DNA from: Squalus acanthias
Taxonomy: Eukaryota
Direction: 5' to 3'
DNA: 64,000 bases
Assembly (NCBI GenBank): GCA_030390025.1
Contig: JASTWF010000034.1
Location: 2,976,001 to 3,040,000 of the forward strand
Made by a program: the position numbers and the translations under genes. A model generated the notes under the pieces. The model did not search any database, had not been told where the DNA came from, and worked only from the letters and a program-made list of their open reading frames with translations. Shown piece by piece: positions 12,961 to 25,919 of this stretch (positions within the stretch are counted from its first letter, which is position 1; the number at the start of each line of letters is the position of its first letter).

Positions 12961-14075
12961 TGAATTACTAGTCCTAACCCCTTTAGGGCTACCCCGGATC
13001 AGGCATATTCTTCAGACGTTCACTTTCAACTAAACTTTGAGGTAGCCGAATCCTAAAGATGCTTAATTCGGTCTAAAGGTCCGGACTATCTCTGCTTAAA
13101 GGAAAGGAACAATCTAAACATGTTACCGTCCTCCAGATAGCACTTTTAATAAGTTTAGCTAGACTGTAACGTTCCGGATATTATGACGGTCCGGAAAACT
13201 CCCCAGAATTCTGCAACTCCTCACCAAAGAGTGTACAGAGATTGAGTTCGCGAGTTTGATACAGAAGTCTTATGTGAGACAATTCTAAAACTATATAGAT
13301 TTATTAAAGAACCGACATGTAATTTACAGTTGGAGAGTCAATCGCAACAACAATATATCCAAAAAGAGAAAGCTTACAATCCTATCAGAGAACCTTACTT
13401 TCAAATCTTAACTTCGCTACAGTTTTACAGTTCTTAGTTTTCTACAGGATATCCACCAAAATCAAATACCTTTGATACCCGAGGTACAAAGAGTTGAAGA
13501 CATACAGAGTCGCCTCTGAAGCCAAGAATTACCTTGCCCCTTTAAAGCGTGTATAATATCCCATTTGAGAGTTCAATATTTATACTCTTTTCCAGTGGTA
13601 TTTCCTTTAAGGTTTTCTGCTGATGTAAGCTAATCATCTCTGGTCATTTTTCAGCTGACCCCTGCAATTCTTACAGTCACTACAGCTGGTAGCATTACAG
13701 AATTATGTCTCTTCTCTAAGTGTTCTAAATTTACCATAAAAACGGTGTAACGGCAGGTGTGTATTACTTGATGTCATTTTTATGAAGGCAGATGTTTGTG
13801 CTTCTTTACGAAGTGTAAATTAGAACACCTTAACCAGGGTGAACCATTGTCTTGATCCAAAAGGTCAGCCTACCGGAGCCTTTAACCTTCTGTTTCGATA
13901 AGGTTATAGATTGAGTGTCAACAACCATCTTATTTCTAAAGTCAGAATGCTTTCACAGCTTTTTCATAGTTAGGTTTCTAGATTTCCAGTCCCAGTTTGT
14001 CACATTTTAATAAGACCAGAGTTCTTTCAGAGAATGGTGTATTTTCCTGAATAGGTTATATGGCTTATTCCTTCA
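12961..14075 (-). mobile_element. Solo LTR inserted in the 32-bp satellite
   Basis: TG...CA termini; flanks GATA/GAAA (4-bp TSD with 1 mismatch; removal restores GATATAAACCACAC); minus-strand TATAAA near 13580 and AATAAA near 13300. Confidence 0.75.
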
Positions 14076-14884
14076 GAAATAAACCACACACCTCTCACTG
14101 CAACACTCTGATATACCCCACACCTCTCACTGTAACACTGATATACCTCACACCCCTCACTGTAATACACCGATATAAACCACACCCTTCACTGTAACAC
14201 TGTGATATACCTCACACCCCTACCTGTGACACTTTGATATAATCCACACACCTCACTGCAAGACGCTGATAAACCCCACACCCCTCACTGTAACACTCTG
14301 ATATACCTCACACCCCTACCTGTGACACTCTGATATACACCACACACCTCACTGCAACGTGCTGATAAACACCACACCTCTCACTGTAACACTCTGATAT
14401 ACCCCACAACCCTCACTGTTACCCACTGATATACATCACACCCCTACCTGTGAAACTCTGATAAATTCCACACCCCTCACTGTAACACTCTGATATAACC
14501 CACACTGCTCACTGTAACACTCTGATAGACCCAACAACCATCAATGTAACACTCTGATATACACCACACCCCTCACTGTACCACTGTGATATACCTCACA
14601 CTACTCACTGTAACTCTCTGATATACCCCATACATCTCACTACAACACGCTGATAAACCCCACACCCCTCACTATAACACACTGATGTACCCCGCACGAC
14701 TCACTGTAACTCTCTGATATACCCCACACCCTCACTGTAACATTCTGATGTACCCCACACCAATCAGTATAATAATCTGATATACACCACACCCCTCACT
14801 ATAACACTCTGATATAAACCACACCCCTCACTGTAACACTCCGTTATACCTCACACTCCTGATTGTAACAATCTCTATCACACC

Positions 14885-15730
14885 CCAAGGAAGGCAAATG
14901 GTATGCTGGCCTTCATTACAAGAGGATTTGAGTACAGGAGTAAAGATGTCTTACTCAATTTATTTACGGCCTTGGTGAGACCACACCTGGAGTACTGTTA
15001 ACAATTTTGGTCTACTTACCTAAGGAAGGATATACTTGCCATCGAGCGAGTGCAACGACGGTTCACGAGATTGATTCCTGCGAAGGCGGGACTGTGGTGT
15101 GAGAAGAGAATGTGTAAACTAGGCCTTTATTCCTTTGAATTCAGAAGAATGAGTGGGGATCTCATTGAAGCATAACAACTTATTACAGGGCTTGATAGTT
15201 TGGAAGCTGAGAGAATGTTTCCCTTGGCTGAGGAGTCTTGAACCAGGGGCCACAACCTCAAAATAAAGGGCAGGCCATTCAGGACTGAGATGAGAAGCAT
15301 AGAAATATAGAAACATAGAAGATAGGAGCATGACTCGGCCATTCGGCCCCTCGAGCCTGCTCCGCCATTTAATGCGATCATGGCTGATCATCCAAATTCA
15401 GTACCCTGTCCCTGTTTTCGCCCCATATCCCTTGATCCCTTTAGCCTTAAGAAATATATTTAACTCTAATAAAGACATTTCTTCACAAAGAGGGTGGTGA
15501 ATCTTTGGAATTCTCTACCCCAGAGGGCTGTGGAGGATCAGTCATTGGGTATATTCAAAAGAGATTTCGATAGGTTTCTGACTAGTAAAGGCATCAAGGG
15601 ATATCGCGATAAGTCCGGTGAAAGGAATTGAGGCAGAAAATCAGCCATGATGTCATTGAAAGGCGGAGCAGGCTCAAGGGGCCGGATGGCCTACACCTGC
15701 ACCTATTTCATACGTTCTTATGTTCTTAAA
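14885..15730 (+). mobile_element. CR1 3' fragment with a nested inverted CR1 3' tail (~15298-15470)
   Basis: KANGMLAFITRGFEYRSKDV..LVRPHLEYC coding remnant; inverted CATAGAAA tail and CGGCCATTCGGCCC inside. Confidence 0.85.
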
Positions 15731-17762
15731 CCTCTCACTGTAACACACCGTTTTACACCAGGCCCCTCACTGTAACTCTCTCTGAAATACTCCATACCCC
15801 TCGCTGTAACACTCTGATATACTCCACACCCCTCACTGTAACACTCTGATATACTCCATACCCCTCACTGTAACACTCTGATATACCCAAAACCGCTCAC
15901 TGTAACGCACCGTTTTACCCCACGCCCCTCACTGTAACACTCTCTGATATACTCCATACCCCTCGCTGTAACACTCTGACATACCCGACACCCTACAATG
16001 TAAAACACTCATATAAACCCACTCCCCTGATTGTAACACTCTGTTATACACCACACCTCTCACTGTAACACACTGATATACCCAAAATCTCTCACTGTAA
16101 CACTCTGTTATACACCACACATCTCACTGTAACACTCTGATATACCCAACACCGCTCATTGTATTACTCTGATGTACCCCACACCCCTCACTGTAGCACT
16201 TTGATGTAAACCCACTCCCCTGACTACAACACTCTGATATACCCCACACACCCCTCACTGTAACTATCGATATACCCAACAACCCTCACTGTAACACTGT
16301 GATATAAACCCACGCCCCTGACTATAACACTCTGATATACCCCATACATCCCTTACAGTAACACACTGATATACCTCACACACCTCTCTGTACCACTCTG
16401 ATATACCCCTTGCTTTAATCCTCTCTTACATATTCCAAACCTCTCACTGTAACAGACCGATATACCCCACTAACCTCACTTTAACACTCTGATATACCCC
16501 ACACCCCTCGCTGTAAAACTGTGATTTAGCCGTCACCTCTCACTGTAATACACTGATATATCACACCCCCTTCACATTAACACTCTCATATACCCCACAT
16601 GACTCAGTGTAACTCTCTGATATATCCCACACACCTCACTGCAACATGCTGATAAACCCCAAACCCCTCACTGTAACACACTGATATACCCCACACACCT
16701 CACTGTCACACTGATATACCTCACACACCTCACTGTAACACACTGATATACACCACATCTCTCACTGTAACATTGTGATATACACCACACACCTCAATGT
16801 AACACACTGATATACCCCACACTGTTCACGGTAACAGTATGATATACCCCACACACCTCACTGCAAAATGCTGATAAATCCCACACCCCTCACTGTAACA
16901 CTCTGATATACACCACACACCTCACTGTAACTCTCTGATATACCTCACACCCCTCACTGTAACACTGTGATATCCACCACACACCTCACTGTAACTCTCT
17001 GATATACACCACATTCCTCGCTGCAACACGCTGATACACCCCACAACCCTCACTGTAACACACTGATATACCCCAACACGACACTGTTACACTCTGATAT
17101 ACTGCACACCCCTCACTGTAACACACATGATATACCCCACAACCCTCATTGTAACACTCTGATGTACCCCACACACCTCACTACAACACGCTGATAAACC
17201 CCACACCCCTCATTGTAACACACTGATATACACCATCCCTCTCATTGTAACACTCTGATACACCCCTCAATGTAATTCTCTCTTACATACTGATACATCC
17301 CACACCACTCCCTGTTATCACTGCTACTTTAATCCCATGGGCTTCAATTTTGGTAATATGTGATACTTTATCAAGCACATTTTGTAATGATTGGGAAATT
17401 GGTACAGTGTGAGTAGTATCAATCATACAACGACAGAATTGGAGATCCAAGTGTTGTTGACAATTTGTTTAGCGTACTTGAAGTCCCGCTCTGATCACAG
17501 GCCTCATCTGGTTTCAATCAATGAATTATAATATCATTGATTTTAATCCTATTTTATTATTTCTATGTATTTGTTCTCAGGCTAGGGGTGACGCTGTCAA
17601 GGCCGGGGCCACTTGCCCATCCCTAGTTACCCATGAGAAAATGGTGGGCCTTCATCTTGAGCCGCTGCAGTCCGCGTGGAGATGGTGCTCCCACAATACT
17701 GTTGTGGAAGGAATTTCAGACTTTTGAACCAGTGACGATGAAAGAACGGTGATATTTTTGAA

Positions 17763-18170
17763 GGGTACGGTAGCATAGTGGTTATGTTGCTGGAATATTA
17801 AACCAAATGACTGGATAGATGATCCAGGGACATGTATTCAAATCCCAGAAGCTGGGGGAATTTAAATTCAATTAATTAAACAAATCTGGAATAAAATGCT
17901 TGTGTCAATAATGGTGACCATGAAAGTACCGGAATGTCGTAAAAACCCATTTGCTTCACTAATGGCCTTTCGGGAAGGAAATATGCCCCCCTTACCTGTT
18001 TTGGCTGAAATGTGACTCCAGACCCACTGCAATGTAGTTGACTCTTAACTGGCCTCTGAAATGGCCCATCAAGACACTCGCTTGTATCAGGCGGCTCACC
18101 ATCACCTGCTGAAGGGCAATTAGGGATTGGCAATAATGCTGGCCTTGTCAGCGGTGCCCACATCCCAAGA
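17763..18170 (+). mobile_element. tRNA-derived SINE (shark-type)
   Basis: A-box-like GGTAGCATAGTGG and B-box-like GTATTCAAATCC head, followed by a body resembling a common shark interspersed repeat (recognised by eye). Confidence 0.6.
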
Positions 18171-18504
18171 ATTAGTTATACAATTATTTATCAAGTGTCA
18201 TAATGATTGAAAAAGCGTCATAATGTTTCATTAATGGTCATAATGATTTATAAAGGGTTATACAAGATCTGTAAAGTGGTGTAATGATTTTAAAGGGTTA
18301 TAATGACTAATAAAGTCCTGGTGCTGGGCCATCTCCTCCCCGGGCTGGGCTGCTCGGGGTCCTGTGGGCCGTGCTGGGCCAGCCTGCTGCGCCTCGCCGC
18401 CCGCTCTCACAGTAACCGGGACTCCAACTGCTCCCGCCATCTGGACACTCGCCTCACGCCGCCAGGGAAATACCCCGAGCGACTGCCGCAATCCTTGTGC
18501 TGGG

Positions 18505-19450
18505 CCCCAGAGCAGCCATCTTTGTGCGGGACCCAGTTCCGCCATCATTGTGCGGGGCCCCAGTGCCGCCATCTTTGTGCTGGGCCCCGGAGCCGCCACC
18601 TTTGTGCATTGCTCCAGAGTCGCCATCTTTCAGTCAGGCGCAGGAGCCGCCATTTTTGTGCTGGGTCTTAGTGGCGCCATCTTTGTGCTGGGCGCGGAGA
18701 GGAGGGAGAGCCGTCAGCATTGCGCGGGGCATCAGTGCCGCAATTTTTCTGCGGGGCGCGAGTGCTGCCATCTTTTTGCGGGGCCCCAGAGCCGCCCTCT
18801 TTGTGCAGGGCGCGGGTGCCGCCACCTTTGTGCTGGGACCCACAGCTGCCAACTTTGTGAGGGCCCCAGAGCCGCCATCTTTGTGCGGGGCCCCAGAGCC
18901 GCCATTTTTCTGCGGTAACCAGAGCCGCCATCTGTGTGCTGCGCCCCGGAGCCGCCATCGTTGCGCTGGGCCCCGGAGCCGCCATCTTTGTGCTGTTTCC
19001 CGGATCCGCCATCCATGTGCTGGACCCCGGAGCCGCCATCATTGTGCGGAGCCCAAAGAGCCAACATTTTTGCGCGTGGATACAGAGCCGCCATCGTTGT
19101 GCTGGGCAGCAGAGCCGCCATTTTTGTGCTGAGCCCCAGAGCCGCCATTTTTGTGCGGTGCCGCAGAGCCGCCATCTTTGTGCGCGGCCCCAGAGGAGCC
19201 ATCTTTGTGCGGGAACCAGAGCCGCGATCTTTGTGCAGGGCCCGGGAGCCGCCATCTTTGTGCTGGGCCCCAGTGCCGCCATTTTTGTGCGGGGCCCCAG
19301 AGACGCCATCTTTGTGCGGGGCACCAGAGCCGCCATTTCTGTGCGGTGCCCGGGAGCCTCCATCTTTGTGCGAGACCCATAGCCGCCATATTTGTGCTGG
19401 GCCAAGGAGCCGCCATTTGTGCGGGACCCAGAGCCGCCATCTTTGTGTTG
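18505..19450. repeat. GC/CpG-rich minisatellite, unit ~27-28 bp (AGAGCCGCCATCTTTGTGCGGGGCCCC), about 30-35 copies
   Basis: For example, GCCGCC at 19141 and 19168 (27 bp apart); the overlapping KMAA.. ORFs are repeat artefacts. Confidence 0.92.
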
Positions 19451-19512
19451 GGCTCCACAATTTCAGGCCCAGGGAACTGTCAACACTCAGGCTGCAATGT
19501 CTCCGCTTCTTC

Positions 19513-20413
19513 TCAACCTTTAATTAATTTTACAATCAGAGTAAAGGGATATTTCCCCATATTCTTCAACTGCTGTCTAAACTTAGTCTGGGTCACGGCA
19601 TAAATCCCAGTGTTTGTGCAGCAAATCAGCAGCTGCAGCATGAATCCCAGTTCCATTACATAATACGGTAGATATACAGACTGATACCCCAAATACCCCA
19701 TCCGGGTACATATAGAAAACACCATAAACACTGCCCATAACAGGATGAAATTGCCGGAGATAACAAGCAGTAAAATGATGGATTTCCGGCGGCTCTCCAT
19801 CTCTGGGTGTCTGGGACTCTCCCCACTGCTGGGACCCCGGAGTCTCCTGCGGGCTCTGCTGGACACTAAAATGTGTCTGAAGGTGACAGCATTGAGCAGC
19901 AGAATCACCACAAATGGGACACACGGGGTGAGAATATAATGAAGGAGCTCAATTGGTCCCCAGACCCGTGACTTCGTAACACCCTCTGTGACATCACAAA
20001 ACCAGGGCTCGTTCCCAAGCATATACTGATCTGTGAACATAAAATACCAGGTGATGTCCTTTAAACCGCTCAGCACAGTCACTGTTCCCAGAAACACAGC
20101 CGCCGTTTTCTCGGTGCAATATTTAGTTTTCAGCTTCTGGCAACAAATGGCCGCAAATCTATCAAAGGTGAAAGTGACGGTGAACCAGACAGAACAGTCT
20201 GTGGCTGCGAACAGCAGGTCGGCTTGGATATTACACACGGGGTGGACTGCACGAAATAAAACTGTTCAGTATAAACAATCGGAATGTGTCTCAATATCAG
20301 GTCGAGGATAACGACCAGTAGATCCACCGTTGCCATGGCCACCAGGTAGCGAGTGACACATTTGGAGAGACCGCACTTTCCCCGAGACAGGATCACAATC
20401 GTCACTAAGTTAA
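19513..20413 (-). pseudogene. GPR139-like class A GPCR, exon 2 (TM1 end to C-terminus), with a 1-nt frameshift at 20239-20242; pseudogene or assembly error
   Basis: Acceptor TTCCCCTTCCTCACAG|TTAAC; VNLVTIVILSRGKCGLSKCVTRYLVAMATVDLLV, SVWFTVTFTFDRFAAIC (DRY-like), CTNTGIY..QTKFR (NPxxY/helix 8-like); ORFs 20405-20130 and 20238-19513 join if one C is restored. Confidence 0.88.
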
Positions 20414-22559
20414 CTGTGAGGAAGGGGAATAAACATGGAAATTATTCATCAGGCTGGGAGCAAAAGCAGCAGTTTGATGGAATTCGGGGTGAAATCTGCA
20501 ACTCACGAGCGACATTCAACGATATAATCTAATCCTATTACCTGTGGAGCTGAATACAGGGCTTATTGTAAGAATAATCGGGAATACATTGTGGAATCAA
20601 TAAATGAAATGGGAATAAATACAATATGAAAGTAACAGATGTTTGATCAAGGAGAGATTAAATGATCGATCTACATTTAGCCCAGCAGACAAAAGCACCG
20701 CCCGAGGTACCAAGGACACAAAGGACCAGACCCTCTCAGGAAGCCTTCGTGTCCCGGGATCAGTCAGCATTTGGAGCGGTGCAGTTCGCTTCTGCGCAAC
20801 TATGTTAATGAGGGGGAAATCCCGCTTGGTTTCCTGCTCTTGGTTAGAATATCAATTCTATTTAGAACTGAAAATGAATGCAACAGCAAAATACAGAAAC
20901 TGCGACCTTGGCATGCAATAATTATAGGCAATTGTATGTAAAATGTACGGATGTAATATGACAATGCTAAGATAATAAATACAAGTGCACTGCAGTTATA
21001 AAGATAACTGGGCTATCAGATATGTTTTGAAGATTGAGTTTTCTGCATTTTTGTTGAAATACACAAATTCTACCTCATTGAAAGGAAGATTTGCCAAGTA
21101 ACATTGCAAATAATGGATTCTGAATTAAACTAAATAGTTATGATTGACCAGGTAATGTCCCACTAAATGCATTTAGCAGCATCGAAATCAGACGACTTAA
21201 CCCACAGGAAAAGTGCCGCCGAATGCTGTTGTAAAGTATCTGAACACAAATGGAAGAGATTTATCCTTGTACTTTTTCACCTGTTGCTTCCAAATTGTGC
21301 AGAGAATATTGGACGAGAAGATATCAAAGAATTTTCTTCTCCTCAGTACTTCAGTTACAATCAGCTGGGATTGTTTATCCTGAAGTACAGCAGGAGGCAA
21401 TAGAGAATCACTCTGGGTCTCACTGACAGATCCACTGTACTGTGAGAGACGGGCATGGGATCCAATTGCAAATCCAAAACATGGATCAGATAGAAATGTT
21501 TTGAAATCTGGCTGAATGAACGTTTTGTGAGAATGCAAATTATCCTTGTAATCCTACTTTAACCATCAGAAGCAGTGCCAATAATGCAGAACTGGAGAGG
21601 GTGGAAAAGGAGAAATTGACTGGAACTGAATGATTAGCGGATATTTCAGACATTTAAAGATGTGGATGTGATCTGCCAGGATTTGTTCCTGTGACTCTGT
21701 AAGTAACCATACCGAGCATTAGGTGAAAACAAAAGCAAAATACTGCGGATACTGGAAATCTGAAATGAAAACAGAAAATGATGGAAATACTCAGCGGGTC
21801 AGGCAGCATCTGTGGAGAGAGAGAGAAACAGAGTTAACGTTTCAGGTCGATATCCTTTCACCATTAGGTGAAAAGTCTCCTAAACCAAGACAGCATTCTT
21901 CTGATCTGATATAAATGTTCAGTGTAGATAGCAGACTGAAATTCGTTGAATAAAAAGTCACCTCCAATAAATTTGCTGGAGTTGAATTTCGAACATTTGA
22001 ATCTTGGTAACATAATACCACATTCAGAATCAATATCTGACAGCAGCGCGGATGCTATGGGGAACGACAAAGTGGAAAACACAGATAAACATGAGGGTGG
22101 AAAGTCGGTTGGTTAAAGCTGCCCTTTAGTGCCTTCGGAGGCACTAATGGGGCGCTCGATACTGAGCAACCGAGCGCGGCTATTTTAGCGCCGCTCGCGA
22201 AATTGACGTCGTTTTGCGCTAGCGCAAAAGACGAGCACCACAATCTTCTGAGCCCGCAGATCGTGACTTAATGCGAGCATGCAATGCCCCGATAGCGTCC
22301 TGGACCGGATATTGAGTCGCACCCCCTGCCTTAGCGCCTGCCACTAGGAATGACACAGTAAAGGGAAATGTTTTCAAGTCGGGAAGGGTCTGGGGGAGCG
22401 CTATTTAAAGGCGGCCGCTTCCTGCCTTTTCTTGTCTGCGAAATGTTTTGAGAGGGAGTCAGACGTCTGGAGAGATTCGACGCTGACCGAAAGAGTTTTG
22501 GGTCCGGAGCACGACTTTGGAGTTCATTTCTTTTTCACATACCTTCTAACGATATATAG

Positions 22560-23730
22560 ACGCTTCGATGGGGGCTGCACTAACTCGGGGCATCTTCGAC
22601 GTCCAGCTTCACCTTCGGAGGCAGCAGAGACGCAGAGAGAGAGTGGCATATCTTGCCAGAGGGAGGAGGGCCAACAGGCCTCTGCACAGGAGACCTTACC
22701 CTCCCAGGGTATTCAGGGAGCAATTCTCCTCCTATAATGATTTATTATTTGTCACTGAGCTCTGCCATCTCCTGCAATCAGATCTGCAGCCTCAGCTCAG
22801 TACCAGGACGTCTCTGTCGGTGGCAGTGAAGGTGACAGCGGATCTAAATTTCTAAGTCAGCGGTTCCTTTCAGGCTTCTACTGGGGACATAGTGAATATC
22901 TCCCAGTTCGCTGTTCATTGTTGCATCCGGGAGGTGACAAAGGTTTTGTATAAGAGGAGACGCCAGTACATCTTTCTCCATGACCCAGGACAAACAACGC
23001 GAATGCGCATGTGGCTTTGCAAGGAGAGTGTGCTTCCCCATGATTCAGAGCGCCTTTGACTGCACGCATGTGGAAATGTGGGCAACTCATGAGAATGCAG
23101 AGGTAGTCCGAAATCAAAAGGGCTCCCACTCTCTGAATGTCCAGTTGGTGTGTGACCACAGACAGCTCATACTTGCCGTCAATGCCCGCTATCATGGCAG
23201 CAACCACGATACTTATATCCTGTGCCAGACCGGAGTCGCAGACCTCTTCCAAACACGGTGTAAACCTAGTGGATGGCTCCTCGGGGACAAGGGTTACCCA
23301 CTCTGCAGCTGACTGATGACTCCGCTCCATAACCCCAACACCCTTGCCGAGCTGCAATACAATGAGAGCCATAGCTCCACCAGGAACCTCATTGAACACA
23401 CGATCGGTGTCTTGAAACAACGGTTCCGGTGTTTGGACCACTCAGGAGGAGTCCTGCAGTACTCTCTCGAGCGTGTCTCCCTCTTCATTGTTGTGTGCTG
23501 CATGCTTCATAACATTGCAATCATGGGGGCCCAACCACTGCCACCAGGGATTGGTGCACCACCTGAGGAGGAGGAGGAAGAGGGAGAGGAGGAGGAAGAA
23601 GAGGGAGAGGAGGGAGAGGAGGAGGAGGAGGATGAAGAGGAGAATCAGCAGCAACAACGTGGAAGGGAGGCGCACAATGTTGCCACTTCAAGGGCCGTCC
23701 GTGATTGGTCCATAGGACACCGATTCTATC
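22560..23730 (+). pseudogene. Degenerate PIF/Harbinger (HARBI1-like) transposase within the GPCR intron
   Basis: VKVTADLNF, AFDCTHV, NQKGSHSLNVQLVCD, LLGDKGYPL, NLIEHTIGVLKQRFRCLD, CCMLHN; several stops and frameshifts; poly-Glu tail; GC-rich subterminal region from about 22095. Confidence 0.9.
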
Positions 23731-23769
23731 CCCTTACTGAGAAGATAGGCTTCCTGTCCTTTCTCTTTT

Positions 23770-24060
23770 GAAAGCCTGTGTGACTTGTCCTGTCTCTTTA
23801 AAAAGCCTGTCTGACTGGTCCTGTCTCTTCAAATAGCCTGTGTGACTGGTTCTGTCTCTTTAAAAAGCCTGTCTGACTGGTCCTGTCTCTTTAAAAAGCC
23901 TGTCTGACTGGTCCTGTCTCTTTAAAAAGCCTGTCTGACTGGTCCTGTCTCTTTAAAAAGCCTGTCTGACTGGTTCTGTCTCTTCAAATAGCTAGTGTGA
24001 CTGGTCCTGTCTATTTAAACAGCCTGTGTGACTGGGCCTGTCTCTTTAAGCAGCCTGTGT
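23770..24060. repeat. 31-bp minisatellite (AAAAAGCCTGTCTGACTGGTCCTGTCTCTTT), about 9 copies
   Basis: Near-perfect tandem units directly visible. Confidence 0.92.
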
Positions 24061-24444
24061 GAATGTTTCGGTGTCACTGACTGTGGCTCTGCCCTCTTGT
24101 TTAGCTGCTCATTGCATGTTATACAATTAATCACCAGAATGGAGTTTTTTTTTAAACAGGGGACCATGGATTTTGGGACCACAGTGGTGTTGATGGTGCA
24201 GGATTACTGACACTAGTTCTTTGACAATGAAGAGGCTTCACTGAGTTACGGAGAAACCTTTGCTGGAAAAATAGTGTGAAGGATTGAAGCTCTAGGCCTA
24301 GAAATCCGTCATTGACTGCAGTGGAACTGAATATCAGGCGCTGCGTGAAACGGGCGCCCGATCCGATATTGCTCATTTAACCCACCGCCTGAGACAAATT
24401 TCTCGGCTTGTGTCTGCGGACATCGGCAGATATCAAATCCCATA

Positions 24445-25337
24445 GGGGGAAAAATTCAGTTTGTTGCGCCTCCCATTAGCGCCTTAAGAGGGCGCTAATT
24501 TGGCGCAAAGCATCTAGCGCCCAGGCGCGGCGAAGTTTGCGCCGCCCGCTAAATTAACTGGACATTTTGCGGCGGCGCTAAACACTACCGCCACGATCTC
24601 CTGCGCCGGCAGATCGTGACGTCACTGGAGTGCGCAACGCCCCGGTATCGCCCCGGAGCGGATATTGAGTGGCGCCCCCTGCCTTACCGCCTGACGCTAG
24701 CAACGACAGGTTGAGAGGAGCGTTCTGCAGTCATGAAGGGAAAGGGGGAGCGCTATTTAAAGTTGACCGCTTCCTGCCTTTTATTGTTGGTGCCATTTTT
24801 GAACTACGCATTCTGAGAGAGAGAGGGAGAGACTTCTGGAGAGATTCAACGTTGTGTGAAGGAGTTTTGGGTACTGAGCAGCACTTTGCAGGTTCATTTT
24901 GAGTTGCCATTCCTTGTATCGATTTAGCAGAGACTGTGGGTGCTGCACTCTGAGCTCTTTGCCTGGTACTCTCCATTGTTCTTTCCAGCACATTTGATGT
25001 GCAGGTCTCTCCAGGCCGAGATTCAAGGTTGCAATGAGCAGGATGTGGATGGAAAGCAAGATTAACCATCCCCTTTAAGAACTGGCCCGTGCCATTGTGT
25101 GTGTGTTCCATTGCTGACTGACATTACATGAGCTTCGCCAGCGCTCTGAGGTAGCGCCTCGCTCCTCGGCCTTTGCACCTTAAGACAGGCGTGAAGCGCC
25201 TGATATAGCGCTGCAATCACCTCCAGGGGCGATAAAAGTCAAGTTTGCAGTCGGTGGCGATAATTAGCGCCAGGCGCTAATCTTTGCGCCCGGCCGATAA
25301 TTGCGCCCCAAATGGGGCGATACTGAATTTCTCCCCC
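24445..25337. mobile_element. Non-autonomous Harbinger element (MITE), 893 bp
   Basis: TIRs GGGGGAAAAATTCAGT / ACTGAATTTCTCCCCC (15/16 match); 3-bp TSD ATA at 24442-24444 and 25338-25340; 24600-24900 resembles the 22250-22530 region upstream of the Harbinger pseudogene. Confidence 0.85.
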
Positions 25338-25479
25338 ATAGTGTCTGATGAATTGGACTAAGACTTTGCCTATAAACGGCTCGGCCTGAATTCATTCAGA
25401 GTCATTTGTTATCATCCGAGACAGATTGCTCGAGGGGTGGGGAGATATAACAGTTAAAGCTAAAATTAATTACATGCAA

Positions 25480-25605
25480 TTCTATCTCATCCGAAACTCT
25501 GCTGTCCGTGTCCTAACTCGCACCAAGTCCCGTTCACCCATCGCCCCTGTGCTCGCTGACCTACTTTGGCTCCCAGTCCGGCAATGCCTCGATTTTAAAA
25601 TTGCC
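25480..25605 (+). mobile_element. L2-like LINE fragment (a related minus-strand fragment lies at ~28650-28975)
   Basis: NSAVRVLTRTKSRSPIAPVLADLLWLPVRQCLDFKI resembles the L2 ORF2 C-terminal HWLP region. Confidence 0.65.
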
Positions 25606-25919
25606 ATCTTCGTGCAGTATTGGGGGAGCACCTTCACCACACGGACTGCAGCAGATCAAGATGAAGGTCCACCATTTGCCCATGGGTAACTGGGGATAGG
25701 CCGTTAATACCCGCCTTGACAGTGTCACCCATATCCTCAGAACAAATAGATAGAAATAATAACATAGGATTACAATCACTGATTTTTTAATTCACTTTTT
25801 GAAAGCAGGCGAGGCCTGTGATCAGAATTATGCTCCGCTGAACAAATTGTCAACACAACTTGGTTCACCAATTCTATGATTCTACGATTGCTACTGCCCA
25901 TACTTTCCCAATATCCCTA

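Larger units (their letters stand above)
11630..17310. repeat. ~32-bp tandem satellite (CACTGTAACACTCTGATATACCCCACACCCCT) interrupted by a solo LTR and CR1 fragments
   Basis: Directly visible periodicity in blocks 11630-12960, 14080-14880 and 15730-17310. Confidence 0.92.

Noticed and set aside
3532..17310. Common origin of the 25-bp and 32-bp repeats
   Set aside because: Only short shared words (TATACCC, GT.ACAC); too weak without alignment statistics
18258..19603. Many overlapping KMAA/EPPSLC ORFs on both strands
   Set aside because: They arise from a stop-poor GC-rich minisatellite and show no domain or gene structure
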